Shown here one piece after another: positions 1 through 10,925 of a stretch of DNA of 64,000 nt (within the stretch, counting starts at the first letter, position 1; each line of letters starts with the position of its first letter). The notes beneath the pieces were generated by a model. It searched no databases. It was not told the DNA's origin and saw only the letters and a list, made by a program, of their open reading frames with translations. Origin of the DNA: an uncultured Ignavibacteria bacterium (GTDB taxonomy: Bacteria > Bacteroidota > Ignavibacteria > Ch128b); NCBI GenBank assembly GCA_937944105.1, contig CALDZP010000003.1, forward strand, positions 19,163-83,162. Direction: 5' to 3'. Both the position numbers and the translations under genes were made by a program.

Positions 1-666
1 TGCATCCGTTAAAAGATTTAGCAAAGTGGATTTACCTGCATTTGTATAACCAGCCAGAACTACTTTGAAAAATTTATCTCTTTGTTTTCGTTGAGTATTT
101 CTCTGGGTATCAATTTCTTTTAGTTTGTTCTGTAAAGTTGCAATTTTTCTTTTAATTATTCTTCTATCAGTTTCTATCTGAGTTTCTCCTGGTCCTTTCG
201 TTCCTATTCCCCCAAATTGTTTCGAAAGGTGTGTCCATTGCCTTGTTAACCTTGGGAGGAAATATTCGTATTGAGCAAGTTCAACCTGAGTTTTTGCTTC
301 ACGGGTTCGAGCATGAGAGGCAAAAATATCCAGTATAACTGCTGCACGATCAAGTACTTTACATTTAGTTAAGTTTTCAAGATTTCGAATTTGAGTTGGA
401 GTCAATTCATCATCAAAAATAACCGCACTTATATTATTTTCCTGAACAAATTGAGCTATCTCTTCAGCTTTCCCCTTACCAATTAAATAGGCTGGGTTTG
501 GTTGTTTTAAGTCCTGTATAAATATTTTTACAACTTCTCCTCCCGCTGTTCTACAAAGAAGTTTTAATTCTTCAAGGTGATCAAAAACCAGATTTTTATC
601 TTGTTTGGGAAAAATTACACCGACCAGAACAACTTTTTCTAGTTCAGTTGGTTTTAATTCTAACAT
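1..666 (-). CDS. hflX: GTPase HflX (partial, runs off the window start)
   Basis: Not in the ORF track. Manual translation from ATG at 666 gives MLELKPTELEKVVLVG...IFDDELTPTQIRNLE...QVELAQY...GGIGTKGPGETQIETDRR...LAGYTNAGKSTL (HflX signature and G1 motif). Confidence 0.96.
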   Translation of the reverse strand, partial: MLELKPTELEKVVLVGVIFPKQDKNLVFDHLEELKLLCRTAGGEVVKIFIQDLKQPNPAYLIGKGKAEEIAQFVQENNISAVIFDDELTPTQIRNLENLTKCKVLDRAAVILDIFASHARTREAKTQVELAQYEYFLPRLTRQWTHLSKQFGGIGTKGPGETQIETDRRIIKRKIATLQNKLKEIDTQRNTQRKQRDKFFKVVLAGYTNAGKSTLLNLLTDA

Positions 667-679
667 CTTTCACTTATTA

Positions 680-2803
680 TTATTTGTTAATTTGTTCAAT
701 TGTAATTAAATCTTTCTTGTTAGATCTTGCAATTATCATCTCCATAACCAACAATATAATCACAATAAAAAGAAAAAGTTTCCATAATTCTGTTCCATAC
801 CGTTCCTGTTTTATAACTTGAATAGGATCAATATCTGCTGAAAGAATTTTGATACTTCCACGAGGAAATGAATTGTTAGCAAAATCTTTCAATTTCGATT
901 CATCTAATTTCGTTAGATTTGACTCGCGGGTATCAATATTTACCGATATAATTCCAATAGTTTGATTGTTATTAATTAATTTGTAATTACCAATTTTTTC
1001 AAGGTTACCGAGATTAATTACCCCGGCAGGACTTTCATTTTTTGAAACTACCACTTCATTACCATCAGGATGAATTAAATGAATATCTGTAAATGTTTTT
1101 TTGAGCTTAATACTAACTTCGTCTCCTGCAATTGCAGAATAGTTAGTGTTTGACGAGCTTGAATAAAAGGCAACTCTATTAATTAGCGGGACAAAAAATG
1201 GCTTTAATGGGAACTCACTCCATTTTAAATCAAAAGCTGAAGTAAAAATTAAAACTGAACCTTCTCCTATTTTTTCTTCACTAAGAAAAGCATAATTATC
1301 TTCAAGCAAGATAATGTCTTTGCCTTTAAGAGTAGATTTGTAATTAAATGAATAAAAAATTTTAGGCGATTCAATTTTTCTTGTAGTTCTTTCAGCAAAT
1401 ATCCCTTCTAATATGGGATGATTAAAATCAATTTCCTTAAATCTTGTAAAAACATTTTGATTCTCTTTCGATCCTGTAACTCCAACTATATTATTCAATC
1501 CAAGTTCTTCAAGTGTTCTTCCAAATACTATTGGAGATGAATTGCTACCGGGAATTAAAATTGCCATACCTCCCTTTTCAATGTAACTTTTAAGTTGCTT
1601 TAAATTGAATAATTTCTCTGGAGAGGAAATTATGAGAACCTCAAAATCTTCAGGCTTATACGAATTAAAAAACTGAGGAGAAGTTTGAGTTATGGAAAAA
1701 ATCGGTTCTAAATTATCATCAAAACTTTGTGAAAGAACTATATTTACGAACATTAAATCGGCTGGATTTTCAGCAACCATTAAAACTTTCACTTTTTCAG
1801 GAACAAAGAAATTAAAATATCTTATATTATCTCTTAAAAAATCATCATCTTCCAATTCCAGTTTACCAGAATTAAATCCGTATTCTTTAATCTGACCATT
1901 AAAAGTGAAATTCCCAGTTGATTTTGAATTCAAATCAATTCCTTTCTGCGCAACTTTCTTGTCATTAAAGTAAAGACTGCTATTTATATTTGTTCCTCTT
2001 TCTTCGGAATAATTTGTAATTGATGCATTAATACTAATTTGTTTGTTTATTTCAAAAATTCTATTGCTTATCTCAAGGCTATCAATGGAAATGTTATATG
2101 CATCTTTTTCTCCAATTTTAAAAAAGTATATACGAGTATTACCATCTATAACTCGATCAAACTTTAAATCCTTATAGGAATTCTCTGGCAAATTTGATTT
2201 TTGAAAATCAGTAAGAATATAAACTTCTTTTGAAAAATTTTTTGATTGTTCAAGAATTCTGGAAAGAGAAATAAAAACATCGATGAAGTTTTTTGAGATA
2301 TCAGAGATTTCAAGATTCTTGATTTCCCTTTCCGCCAGACTTTTAGTTAATTGTTCAAAGTTATTTTTTTGAGAACTCAATTCAGAGAATCTGAAAAAAT
2401 AGATTTCATCGCCTTCTTCAGCTGATTCTAAAATTTTTAAGGCAAGTTTCTTAGCCTGTAAAAAATATTCTCCTTTTTTATCAGCAACTGCCATACTTGG
2501 TGTGTCATCAATTAATATCACTAATGTATTTTTTACTTCAGAGCCCAAACCGGCAAGATTTATATTCTTGATTGTCGGTCTTGAAAAAGAAAGAACAAGA
2601 AAAACAATAGCAAGTGTCCTGATTATAAGAAGTAAAATCTGTTTGATCTTCACCTTACGCATTTTATTTTTTTGCATCTCTTTCAGAAACTGAATGGAGC
2701 TGAATTGAACCACTTTCAACTTTCGAAGATTAAGTAAATGTATAATAATTGGAATTGATGCAGCAATTAATCCAATTAAAACCAAAGGGTTAAGAAATGT
2801 CAT
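680..2803 (-). CDS. BatA N-terminal/vWA domain membrane protein
   Basis: N-terminus MTFLNP...PIIIHLL...FSS...FL is the BatA double-TM domain; vWA MIDAS-like DDTPSM and ILTD; C-terminal TM ELWKLFL...EM. Confidence 0.85.
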   Translation of the reverse strand: MTFLNPLVLIGLIAASIPIIIHLLNLRKLKVVQFSSIQFLKEMQKNKMRKVKIKQILLLIIRTLAIVFLVLSFSRPTIKNINLAGLGSEVKNTLVILIDDTPSMAVADKKGEYFLQAKKLALKILESAEEGDEIYFFRFSELSSQKNNFEQLTKSLAEREIKNLEISDISKNFIDVFISLSRILEQSKNFSKEVYILTDFQKSNLPENSYKDLKFDRVIDGNTRIYFFKIGEKDAYNISIDSLEISNRIFEINKQISINASITNYSEERGTNINSSLYFNDKKVAQKGIDLNSKSTGNFTFNGQIKEYGFNSGKLELEDDDFLRDNIRYFNFFVPEKVKVLMVAENPADLMFVNIVLSQSFDDNLEPIFSITQTSPQFFNSYKPEDFEVLIISSPEKLFNLKQLKSYIEKGGMAILIPGSNSSPIVFGRTLEELGLNNIVGVTGSKENQNVFTRFKEIDFNHPILEGIFAERTTRKIESPKIFYSFNYKSTLKGKDIILLEDNYAFLSEEKIGEGSVLIFTSAFDLKWSEFPLKPFFVPLINRVAFYSSSSNTNYSAIAGDEVSIKLKKTFTDIHLIHPDGNEVVVSKNESPAGVINLGNLEKIGNYKLINNNQTIGIISVNIDTRESNLTKLDESKLKDFANNSFPRGSIKILSADIDPIQVIKQERYGTELWKLFLFIVIILLVMEMIIARSNKKDLITIEQINK

Positions 2804-2872
2804 ATTTCACTTTATTTTCTTTTTTGATTTTTTTACACAATGAAAAAATACAGGAAGTCATTAAAAAGCTTT

Positions 2873-3613
2873 TTACCTGAGAAAATCTCGAAGATAAAAC
2901 CAATTTTCTTTTAGCCATTCAATACTCTTTCTATAATCAGGTTGCAAACGACCAACTCTAAGCCAGAAAAATCGTTTATGATTTTTTATTTTCAAATGAA
3001 TCAATTCATGAATTACTATATAATCAATAACCTCAAGAGGTGCTTGAATAATTCTCCACGAAAAATTTAAATCACCTTTGGGTGAACAGGAACCCAAACT
3101 TTTCCTTCCATTGGTTAATTGAATTTTCCTGTAATTTAAATTAAAATCATAAATTTGATTAAGCTGATTGAGATACAAATTAACTCTCTCTTGAAGTATT
3201 TTTCTTGCTTCTGATTTATAAAACTTTTGAATTAAAGACGCAATTTTACCTGGATCCTTTTCCCTGACGGTAATAAAATCTTCATTGATTGTTATAGAAG
3301 GTAATTTTTTACTTAAAGGGAAAAATCCATCAATAATTTTTAGTTTTAATTTCTTACCAAGGAAAAGATATTCTTCCCCATCTTCAAACGAATGTACCTT
3401 CACTTGAGATTTTTTTGATTGAATCTCTTTAATCTTTTTTATAATCCAGGCACTATTTTTTTCAATAAATTCATTTATGACATTGTCTGAAACAAACTTA
3501 GGCACCCTTACTATCAATTCTCCATCTTCATTTATCTGAAGCGATAAAGTTTTTCTTTGTGATTTAATAATCTTTTTTGGTTTTATCATTTCCATTTTAA
3601 TAAATCCACTCAC
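2873..3613 (-). CDS. M48/YgjP-like (DUF45) zinc-dependent hydrolase
   Basis: SQRKTLSL N-terminus, GSCS, 'IDYIVIHELIHL...NH...FW' HExxH motif. The true start may be a few codons downstream. Confidence 0.85.
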   Translation of the reverse strand: MSGFIKMEMIKPKKIIKSQRKTLSLQINEDGELIVRVPKFVSDNVINEFIEKNSAWIIKKIKEIQSKKSQVKVHSFEDGEEYLFLGKKLKLKIIDGFFPLSKKLPSITINEDFITVREKDPGKIASLIQKFYKSEARKILQERVNLYLNQLNQIYDFNLNYRKIQLTNGRKSLGSCSPKGDLNFSWRIIQAPLEVIDYIVIHELIHLKIKNHKRFFWLRVGRLQPDYRKSIEWLKENWFYLRDFLR

Positions 3614-4068
3614 ACCGTATAAAATAATAAATCAGATTTAATTTTTTATTATATAAATTCTCAATGTTTATTAAAAAATCGAGCGGAACCAATTTTCACT
3701 AAATTCGGCTCGTAATCTAATCGATAAAATTTTGCTTTGAGTGGTAATAAAGCTTTAATAATTAAAATTTCCATTAAACAACGATTCAAAAATCAGTAAT
3801 TAGGGAACATAATTAATCAAATTTTTTTATCACTTTTATTGATATTTAGATTCAACTTAAATGTATCACAAAATAAATGATTCTGGAAGGATATCATTAT
3901 TAATTTACACTCATAATTTTAAGATATGAAACCATTTACCAGAAGAGAATTGTTATTAATTCAATTATTCTAATTTTGAGTTATCAACATTTAGTCTGCT
4001 CAAATGAAAATTATCTTAAAACTTTCAAAATTAAAGTCGTCATTTTTTATTCAACACAAAAGAAAAAC

Positions 4069-4076
4069 TAACTTTG
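4069..4076 (+). promoter_or_regulatory. Bacteroidota-type -7 promoter element (TAACTTTG) of the metallophosphoesterase gene
   Basis: Exact TAnnTTTG match 26 nt upstream of the ATG at 4103. Confidence 0.55.
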
Positions 4077-4102
4077 TAACTAAAATCTGGTGAAAAATAA
4101 TT

Positions 4103-5230
4103 ATGTTCTTCATAATATTCTTTTCGCTTTACACATTGATAAATGCTTATATATTTATTCGTGGTTGGCAATCTATAGCAATTTATCCACAACTTAGAAT
4201 TATATACTCAATTATCTTTGTAATCGCAGCAAGTTCCTATATCCTCGCAAAAGTTTTTTCAAATTATTTACCAGATATCACCTATAAAATTTTTATCTGG
4301 ATAGGTTCGTTCTGGTTTATGTTTTTATTTTATTTTTTCCTCTCTATAGTTTTAATTGATATTGTCCGACTTATTATAAAACTTATCAACTTTAAACCTC
4401 CTCTTTTATTTAATAACATTAATCAAACAAAATTTATCATAGCTTTATTTGTATTGTTGATAACTCTTGTTTCGGCAATTTATGGTTATTTTAACCGCTC
4501 AAATGTTAAAGTCAAAGAACTGGAAATCAATCTTTCAGAAAATCCTACAAAACAATATCATATAGTTTTTTTCTCCGATCTTCATATCTCAGTTGTTAAT
4601 GATCATTCATTTCTGAAAATGATAGTCGAAAAAATAAATTCTTTAAATCCCGACTTAATATTAATTGGCGGGGATCTTGTTGACGAAAAGGCAAGTAAAC
4701 TTAAAGAATTAAAGCTTGTTGAAGAATTAAAGGATCTTAAATCTAAATTTGGTATTTATTCAATCACCGGTAATCATGAATATATTAATGGGGGCGATCC
4801 TGTAATTGAATTTCTGGATAACATGGGAATTAAGTTTCTTCGTGATGAAGTAGTTCTTATTGACAACTCTTTTTATGTGATTGGAAGAGAAGATTTAAGT
4901 AAAAGGAACTTTACGGGGCAAAAAAGGAAATCACTTGATCAACTTGTTCAAAATCTGGACAATTCAATTCCGAAAATTTTATTAGATCATCAACCATTAA
5001 ATTTAAACGAAGCTGTTGATAAGTCAATAAACTTACAATTATCAGGACATACACATCATGGACAAATTGCACCTGCTAACATCATTACAAATCTTGTTTA
5101 TGAACTAAGCTGGGGATATAAAATCAAGAACAACACTCATTTTTATGTTTCATCTGGAATTGGAACCTGGGGACCACCTGTTAAAATTGGAAATGACGCT
5201 GAACTGGTCTTGATAAAATTGAAGATTTGA
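4103..5230 (+). CDS. Membrane-anchored metallophosphoesterase (YkuE-like)
   Basis: N-terminal TM helices; SDLH, GGDLVD, GNHE, HQP and LSGHTHHGQ motifs. Confidence 0.9.
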   Translation: MFFIIFFSLYTLINAYIFIRGWQSIAIYPQLRIIYSIIFVIAASSYILAKVFSNYLPDITYKIFIWIGSFWFMFLFYFFLSIVLIDIVRLIIKLINFKPPLLFNNINQTKFIIALFVLLITLVSAIYGYFNRSNVKVKELEINLSENPTKQYHIVFFSDLHISVVNDHSFLKMIVEKINSLNPDLILIGGDLVDEKASKLKELKLVEELKDLKSKFGIYSITGNHEYINGGDPVIEFLDNMGIKFLRDEVVLIDNSFYVIGREDLSKRNFTGQKRKSLDQLVQNLDNSIPKILLDHQPLNLNEAVDKSINLQLSGHTHHGQIAPANIITNLVYELSWGYKIKNNTHFYVSSGIGTWGPPVKIGNDAELVLIKLKI

Positions 5231-5271
5231 ATTACACTAAAATTAACTTTAATATTTGATAGGAGCTCAAA

Positions 5272-7965
5272 CTAAATTAATGGATAACCTATAGAAAAAT
5301 AAAACATATATGGTCCAAGACTCAGTGGCTTTCTAAACAATTCATTTCTAAAATAAAAACTTCTTCCAGCAGAAAAATCCGCCGGGCCAATCGGGGTATC
5401 AAAAGCAAGAGTAAAACCTACACCATGTCGAAGCTCATTAAACTTTATTGATGCTGGTGTTTTCCAGATTCCTCCCAAATCATATCGTATTTTTATATAG
5501 GTATCAAAAAATATTTTAATAGGTAAGTGATATTGATATTCAAGTGATGTAATTAAAATCTGGCGACCAATTAAATCGTCTTCTCTTAGTCCAAAGAAAG
5601 ATGATTGACCACCAAGCCTGAACTGTTCAAAAATTGGTAGCGTTTCATCACCAAAGCCAAAAGTAAGTTTTGTTGTTATGCGATGATGATTAAAATAAGT
5701 GGTGTTAGATTCATAATCGAAATAAATTCTTGAATAACCTAAATTACTTCCTAAAAACCTTAATGCCGATTCAAAAAACAAATTCATAAAAATTCCTTGA
5801 GCGGGAAAAGGATATTTATCTCTCGAGTCAAATAATGTACTGATTTTAATTACTGTAAATGCAAAATCACCTTTTTTTTCATCTGGAACCTTATCAGGAC
5901 TAAACCTGGCAAATTCATATCTTGTTTCGAGAAAGACCGTGCCAAGTTTTTCAACCTGTGAACCTATTGATAATTTTAAGCCAGTTTTTCTTAAATCATA
6001 TGAACCAATTTGAAGTCTCGACCATCTTGTATCTGAATTTTCAGGAGAATCTTCAAAGAAATAACGATTAATGAAAGAATAAAAGACATTGATTTTATAA
6101 TTAAGATAAGTATTAAAAATTCTGTTTGCACGGTGTTCAAGTCCAATAAATTGATTTCTTAATCCCCCAAAAAATTGACCACCGATTTCAGTTCCAGTTC
6201 CATTAAAATTTTCATCACGAATATCAATTGCTATCTGAACATTTCTTTCGTTGTCACTCCTTAAGCCGAATCGAGCTAAACCAGTATTTCTTTCTTTTAC
6301 CTTAAAAATTAAATTCTCCCTTTCACCATCTTGACGATAATAAGCAAATACATTCTCAAATAGATTAGTAGCTTCAAGATTTATTAGACTTTGTTTTAGA
6401 TCATCTATGTCAAAAACTCGATTTGGATTAACAAGTATTTCTCTCTTAATTATTTCTGGATCGGTTTTGATATTTCCAGTAATAATAACAGAATCAACTT
6501 CGCCGGATGTGAATATTACGCTTAAAACTCTATTCTTATCATCAAATTCAATTTTATCAATTGAAATAAGCGATAACTTTTTATTTCTTAACTTTCTCAT
6601 TACAGAAAGAAAATGATTGGTTATATCTTCTTCAATAAATTGCCATCCCTTTACTTTCACAACATCCTCATAAATTCCGATTTTCATTAATGATGCACTA
6701 TTATTAACAAATACCTCTTTTATTACTGGCTTTTCTTTCCACTTAAGTTTATATGTAAGTGAATTATCTTTTTCTATCAAAGACATTTCAATAAGGGAAA
6801 AATCTTTTTCACATAGTCTATAAAACTCTCGTAACAAGATTGAAGAATCAAATTGATCATATTTTATCAAATTTAATATTGCCATATCAATCTGATTATT
6901 ACCACTATATTCATATTTTATCTTTTTCAGATTCATTGACTTAGCATTAAGTCGATTAATAAATTCCTCTTCAATTTTTCGAGAGATAATTGGAGCGATT
7001 GATTTTGCATGTTCATATCCAATCATTATCAATGAATCTAATCCATTAAAATCAGTTGCCGAGTGATTTAATTGAGGCGTAATAACAAAATCAGCTTCCT
7101 TCAAATCAAGTTCTTCAAGTGTTTTTAAAGGGATACTAACAACTTGATCCGCAAGAAACCATGGAAACTTTAATTCTTCTTCGGTTCTTAAAGGACTTGT
7201 AGTATTTATTGCAATTACAATATCTGCTCCAAGTTGTTTTGCGATTCTAACGGGAATATTTGCGACTAAACCACCATCAGCAAGCAAAAATGAATCTTTA
7301 GGTATAGGAGATAAAAGAAACGACACACTTGAACTTGCTCGCATTGCTTCGCTTAAATCACCATCTGATATAACAACTGGCTTGCCCGTTAGCAAATCAG
7401 TACATACTGCACGAAACGATACAAGTAGATCATCAAAATTTTTTTTTGGATGAATTGGAGCTTGAATAATAAGCTGATTTAAAAAATTGACTAAATTTTG
7501 TCCTGTACTGACAGAAGTGGGAATTACTGGTCTTAATCCATCAAGTTCAAGAGTTAAAATACTTCTGTCTTCAGTAATCTTTTGTTCAACGAATAAATTT
7601 GCCCGACGATTTTTAGGAACTGCTGAAATTATATCTTCCCAATTTGTATTCGTAATAATTGAGTCAAGTTGTTCAACAGAATAACCACTTGCATAAAGTC
7701 CACCAACTATGGAACCAAAACTTGTACCAACAATTAAATCTGGTTTAATTCCTGCTTCAAATAATGCTTTTAAAACTCCAATTTGAGCAACGCCTCTTGC
7801 ACCACCACCGGATAAGACTAAAGCAACTTTAGGTTTTTCAACTGGAATTTTTTTAGTAAGTCCAAATGGAAGAGGATTTTCTCTAAATTCTGTTTTTATA
7901 ACTTGCTGAGCAAAACAAATATTACTGAAAAAAATAATAATTAGAATCTTAAAAACATTCCACAT
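5272..7965 (-). CDS. Patatin-like phospholipase with POTRA and Omp85 beta-barrel (PlpD/type Vd-like)
   Basis: Signal peptide, LSGGGARG, GTSFG (GxSxG), DGG; POTRA 'GNIKTDPEIIKRE'; C-terminal barrel with GGQSSFFGLR and 'FDTPIGP...YFSIGYPL'. Confidence 0.88.
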   Translation of the reverse strand: MWNVFKILIIIFFSNICFAQQVIKTEFRENPLPFGLTKKIPVEKPKVALVLSGGGARGVAQIGVLKALFEAGIKPDLIVGTSFGSIVGGLYASGYSVEQLDSIITNTNWEDIISAVPKNRRANLFVEQKITEDRSILTLELDGLRPVIPTSVSTGQNLVNFLNQLIIQAPIHPKKNFDDLLVSFRAVCTDLLTGKPVVISDGDLSEAMRASSSVSFLLSPIPKDSFLLADGGLVANIPVRIAKQLGADIVIAINTTSPLRTEEELKFPWFLADQVVSIPLKTLEELDLKEADFVITPQLNHSATDFNGLDSLIMIGYEHAKSIAPIISRKIEEEFINRLNAKSMNLKKIKYEYSGNNQIDMAILNLIKYDQFDSSILLREFYRLCEKDFSLIEMSLIEKDNSLTYKLKWKEKPVIKEVFVNNSASLMKIGIYEDVVKVKGWQFIEEDITNHFLSVMRKLRNKKLSLISIDKIEFDDKNRVLSVIFTSGEVDSVIITGNIKTDPEIIKREILVNPNRVFDIDDLKQSLINLEATNLFENVFAYYRQDGERENLIFKVKERNTGLARFGLRSDNERNVQIAIDIRDENFNGTGTEIGGQFFGGLRNQFIGLEHRANRIFNTYLNYKINVFYSFINRYFFEDSPENSDTRWSRLQIGSYDLRKTGLKLSIGSQVEKLGTVFLETRYEFARFSPDKVPDEKKGDFAFTVIKISTLFDSRDKYPFPAQGIFMNLFFESALRFLGSNLGYSRIYFDYESNTTYFNHHRITTKLTFGFGDETLPIFEQFRLGGQSSFFGLREDDLIGRQILITSLEYQYHLPIKIFFDTYIKIRYDLGGIWKTPASIKFNELRHGVGFTLAFDTPIGPADFSAGRSFYFRNELFRKPLSLGPYMFYFSIGYPLI

Positions 7966-7979
7966 CTCATTATTCGAAT

Positions 7980-9809
7980 CTAGAATTTTCCTTTTGCCAT
8001 TCTTTTTCTTCTTTCTTTAGCATTCTCTTCAGCTTGCTCCATCAATCTTTGCATAAATCCTTTTTTAGCTTTTCTATCAACTGGTTTCAGCTCAATTGGT
8101 TTTGAAAATTTATTTATGTAATACTGCTGAGCAATTGAAAAAAGATTGAACATAAAGTAGTAAAGATTTAATCCAGATGGAAAACTATTGAATAGTAAAA
8201 CAAAAAGAACTGGCATCATGTATATCATTGCCTTCTGTCGTGGATCAGTAATAGTCATCTTTTGCTGGATAAACATTGTTATCCCAAGCAAGAGAGCCAG
8301 TCCACTGATTTCATTAATGGCAAAAATTGGTAACCTGAATGGAAGATGTAGAATTGTGTCGGGTATTGAAAGATCGTTTATCCAGAAGGCAAATGGTTGT
8401 TGTCTGAGTTCAATGGTTGCTCTAAAAAGACCATAAAGTGCAATTAAAATTGGCATCTGAAGAAGAATCGGAAGACATCCACCTGCAGGATTAATTCCAT
8501 AAGTTTGATACAATTTCATCACTTCTTGATTCATCTTCTGCGGATCATCTTTGTACTTTTCTCTGATTTCATTCATCATGGGTTGAAGAAGTTGCATCTT
8601 CTTCATTGAATTCATACTTTGTTTAGTCAGAGGATGTAAAACGATTTTGATAATCAGAGAAAAGATTATAATAACAATTCCATAGTTCGGAATTACAGAA
8701 TGTAAAAACTTCAAAAGAGGAAGCATTATATATTCAGCGATTGGGCGTATTATAAATGTTAAACCGAGAAAAGAACCAAAATCGACAATAGATGTCATTG
8801 TAGGATTATGTTCTTTAAGGGTATTATATTCAATTGGACCAAAATAAAAATTGAAAGCATCAGACGCATATTTAAAATTTGGTAAATTCTTGCTAATTGA
8901 GATAGAATACTTATCAATAACACCGCCATTATTTAATGCTCGTTTCTCACCTTTTAATTCCAGCATTCCATCAGGATCTTTTTGAAGTGGAAGAATTGAA
9001 ATTGCAAAATATTTATTCCTGATAGCAACCCAATCGAAAATACCGCTGATCTTTTTCTCTATTTTTTCATTAAATGAAGTAGCATCAAAATTAAAAAGTT
9101 CGTCTGCCGCATAATAATCTACTTTTGCAAATGAAGCTTCATCAAAAGAATTTTTCTCAACGAATCGAATTCCATTTTCCCAATCGAGGCTATACCTATT
9201 TCCTGAGATAATGTTATCCATTCCTTTAAATTCTAAATCAACCTTCACGAAATATTTATTTTTATAGAATGTAAATTTCTTTCTGATTAATGCGGTGTCA
9301 TTAATTTTAAGCACAAAGCTTTTTACCAGCGAATCAGATTCAGTTAGATTCAAATAATTTTCAGAAAACTCAGGTTTAAATTCGAAGGGGGATGTATTAA
9401 TTAATTTCCCATCTTTGGTCACAAAAGAAAGATTTAAATCGCCACCATATTTTGTGTTAATCAGTTGAACCTGACCGCCATACCATTCTTTGTAATTTTT
9501 TAAGAATACTCTATAAAATTTACCACCTGTTGAATTAAGTTCAATTTTGTAAAGTGGAGTTTCAAATGTTATAATTTGATTCTTTCCTGTTTCAACTTTT
9601 GAAAAATAAATTCCAAGAGTATCTGTTTTCTCTTCCGATTGAGTTTTCGGTGGTATTGTTATATTCTCAACTTCTTTTTTGCTTAGCGTAACTTGAGTAG
9701 TGTCCTGATGTTTTCCTGGCATTTTACTCGGATCAGGAGTGTTTATCCAGAGCCAGATCATCAATACCAGACCAATTAAAATAAATGCTAAAACCGTATT
9801 TCGATCCAT
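7980..9809 (-). CDS. yidC: Membrane protein insertase YidC
   Basis: MDRNT..., NYGIVII...IKIVLHPL, NPAGGCLP.LLQMP, PSGLNLYY; located in the rpmH-rnpA-yidD cluster. Confidence 0.97.
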   Translation of the reverse strand: MDRNTVLAFILIGLVLMIWLWINTPDPSKMPGKHQDTTQVTLSKKEVENITIPPKTQSEEKTDTLGIYFSKVETGKNQIITFETPLYKIELNSTGGKFYRVFLKNYKEWYGGQVQLINTKYGGDLNLSFVTKDGKLINTSPFEFKPEFSENYLNLTESDSLVKSFVLKINDTALIRKKFTFYKNKYFVKVDLEFKGMDNIISGNRYSLDWENGIRFVEKNSFDEASFAKVDYYAADELFNFDATSFNEKIEKKISGIFDWVAIRNKYFAISILPLQKDPDGMLELKGEKRALNNGGVIDKYSISISKNLPNFKYASDAFNFYFGPIEYNTLKEHNPTMTSIVDFGSFLGLTFIIRPIAEYIMLPLLKFLHSVIPNYGIVIIIFSLIIKIVLHPLTKQSMNSMKKMQLLQPMMNEIREKYKDDPQKMNQEVMKLYQTYGINPAGGCLPILLQMPILIALYGLFRATIELRQQPFAFWINDLSIPDTILHLPFRLPIFAINEISGLALLLGITMFIQQKMTITDPRQKAMIYMMPVLFVLLFNSFPSGLNLYYFMFNLFSIAQQYYINKFSKPIELKPVDRKAKKGFMQRLMEQAEENAKERRKRMAKGKF

Positions 9810-10049
9810 ATTTCAAATCCTATTATATCTTTTTTGAATTAATATCTCGTTCATAAATTTAATTTTAACAAAACTTTTAAAATCATTTAAATTTAGAAAG
9901 TAAATTGAAATTTTTCTAATTGAAAACTATTCTCATCATCTTACAAGTTCTTACATTCACTTTGATTATTTGATCATTCAATAACATTTAATCATCTACA
10001 AAAAACAATCACAATCAATTAATTTTATTATTTACAATTCAAAGCAAAA

Positions 10050-10259
10050 TCATTCCAGTGGATCATATCCACCTTTATTAAACGGGTTGCACCTCAAAAT
10101 TCTCCATATCGATTTATAGAAACCTTTTATCACTCCATATCTCTGAAAAGCCTCAATTGAATATTGACTGCAAGTAGGATAAAAACGACAGGATGGTGGA
10201 AAAAGTGGAGAAATGAATTTTTGGTAGAATTTTATAATATAAATGAAAAAGTATCTCAT
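10050..10259 (-). CDS. yidD: Membrane protein insertion efficiency factor YidD
   Basis: YQKFISP...[10 protein letters not shown]...[13 protein letters not shown]. Confidence 0.97.
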   Translation of the reverse strand: MRYFFIYIIKFYQKFISPLFPPSCRFYPTCSQYSIEAFQRYGVIKGFYKSIWRILRCNPFNKGGYDPLE

Positions 10260-10675
10260 CTTTTTTCAATTTCCTCTCTTATCATTTCAAACATCTCAAG
10301 AACATCACCTTCTAGATCACTATAACTTAGCTTTGGAAAAGTTTTCTGATTTAATTTATATGATAAAAAAATCAAATAAAGTTTTTTTGATTTTAAATTT
10401 AGAGCTTCAATCAACGAGTGTTTATTTAATCGATAAATTTCACGCAAAATCCTTTTTAATCGATTTCTCCAGACAGCTTTTCCACTTTTCCTGCTTACTG
10501 CAAAAGCAATTTGTATATAACTCTTTACTGGATTCTCAGAATTCAGATCTTCAATAATAAAAGAACATTTAAGTTTTTGACTTTTGGGAGATATTTTCTT
10601 TCCAGATAATAGTGTTCTTTCAAAAACTTTTTTAGACTTGATTTTTTCACTTTTGGGAAAGCGAAAATGATTCAA
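10256..10675 (-). CDS. rnpA: Ribonuclease P protein component
   Basis: [21 protein letters not shown] (RNR motif); lies between rpmH and yidD. Confidence 0.93.
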   Translation of the reverse strand: MNHFRFPKSEKIKSKKVFERTLLSGKKISPKSQKLKCSFIIEDLNSENPVKSYIQIAFAVSRKSGKAVWRNRLKRILREIYRLNKHSLIEALNLKSKKLYLIFLSYKLNQKTFPKLSYSDLEGDVLEMFEMIREEIEKR

Positions 10676-10680
10676 ATTTT

Positions 10681-10827
10681 TTATTTCTCGTCACTGACAG
10701 TTAATTTTTTTCTACCTTTGGCTCTTCTTCTTTTAAGTACCGCTCTTCCATCTTTTGATTTCATTCTTGCTCTGAAACCATGAGTTCTTCTTCGTCTTGT
10801 TCTACTCGGTTGATATGTCCTTTTCAT
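10681..10827 (-). CDS. rpmH: 50S ribosomal protein L34 (48 aa; below the ORF-track cutoff)
   Basis: Manual translation: [48 protein letters not shown]. Confidence 0.98.
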   Translation of the reverse strand: MKRTYQPSRTRRRRTHGFRARMKSKDGRAVLKRRRAKGRKKLTVSDEK

Positions 10828-10917
10828 CGATTTCCTTTCTATTTAATTACTAATTACCACCTTTAATTAAAATGAGAAATATGCTTTATATTGATGAATT
10901 TTGTTAATAAGATACGA

Positions 10918-10925
10918 CAAAAATA
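10918..10925 (-). promoter_or_regulatory. -7 element (TATTTTTG) of the rpmH operon
   Basis: Exact TAnnTTTG match, correctly oriented, about 90 nt upstream of rpmH. Confidence 0.55.

Noticed and set aside
9921-9935. Fur-box-like TGAAAACTATTCTCA in the yidD-yidC gap
   Set aside because: Three mismatches to the 7-1-7 consensus in very AT-rich DNA and no iron-related gene downstream.
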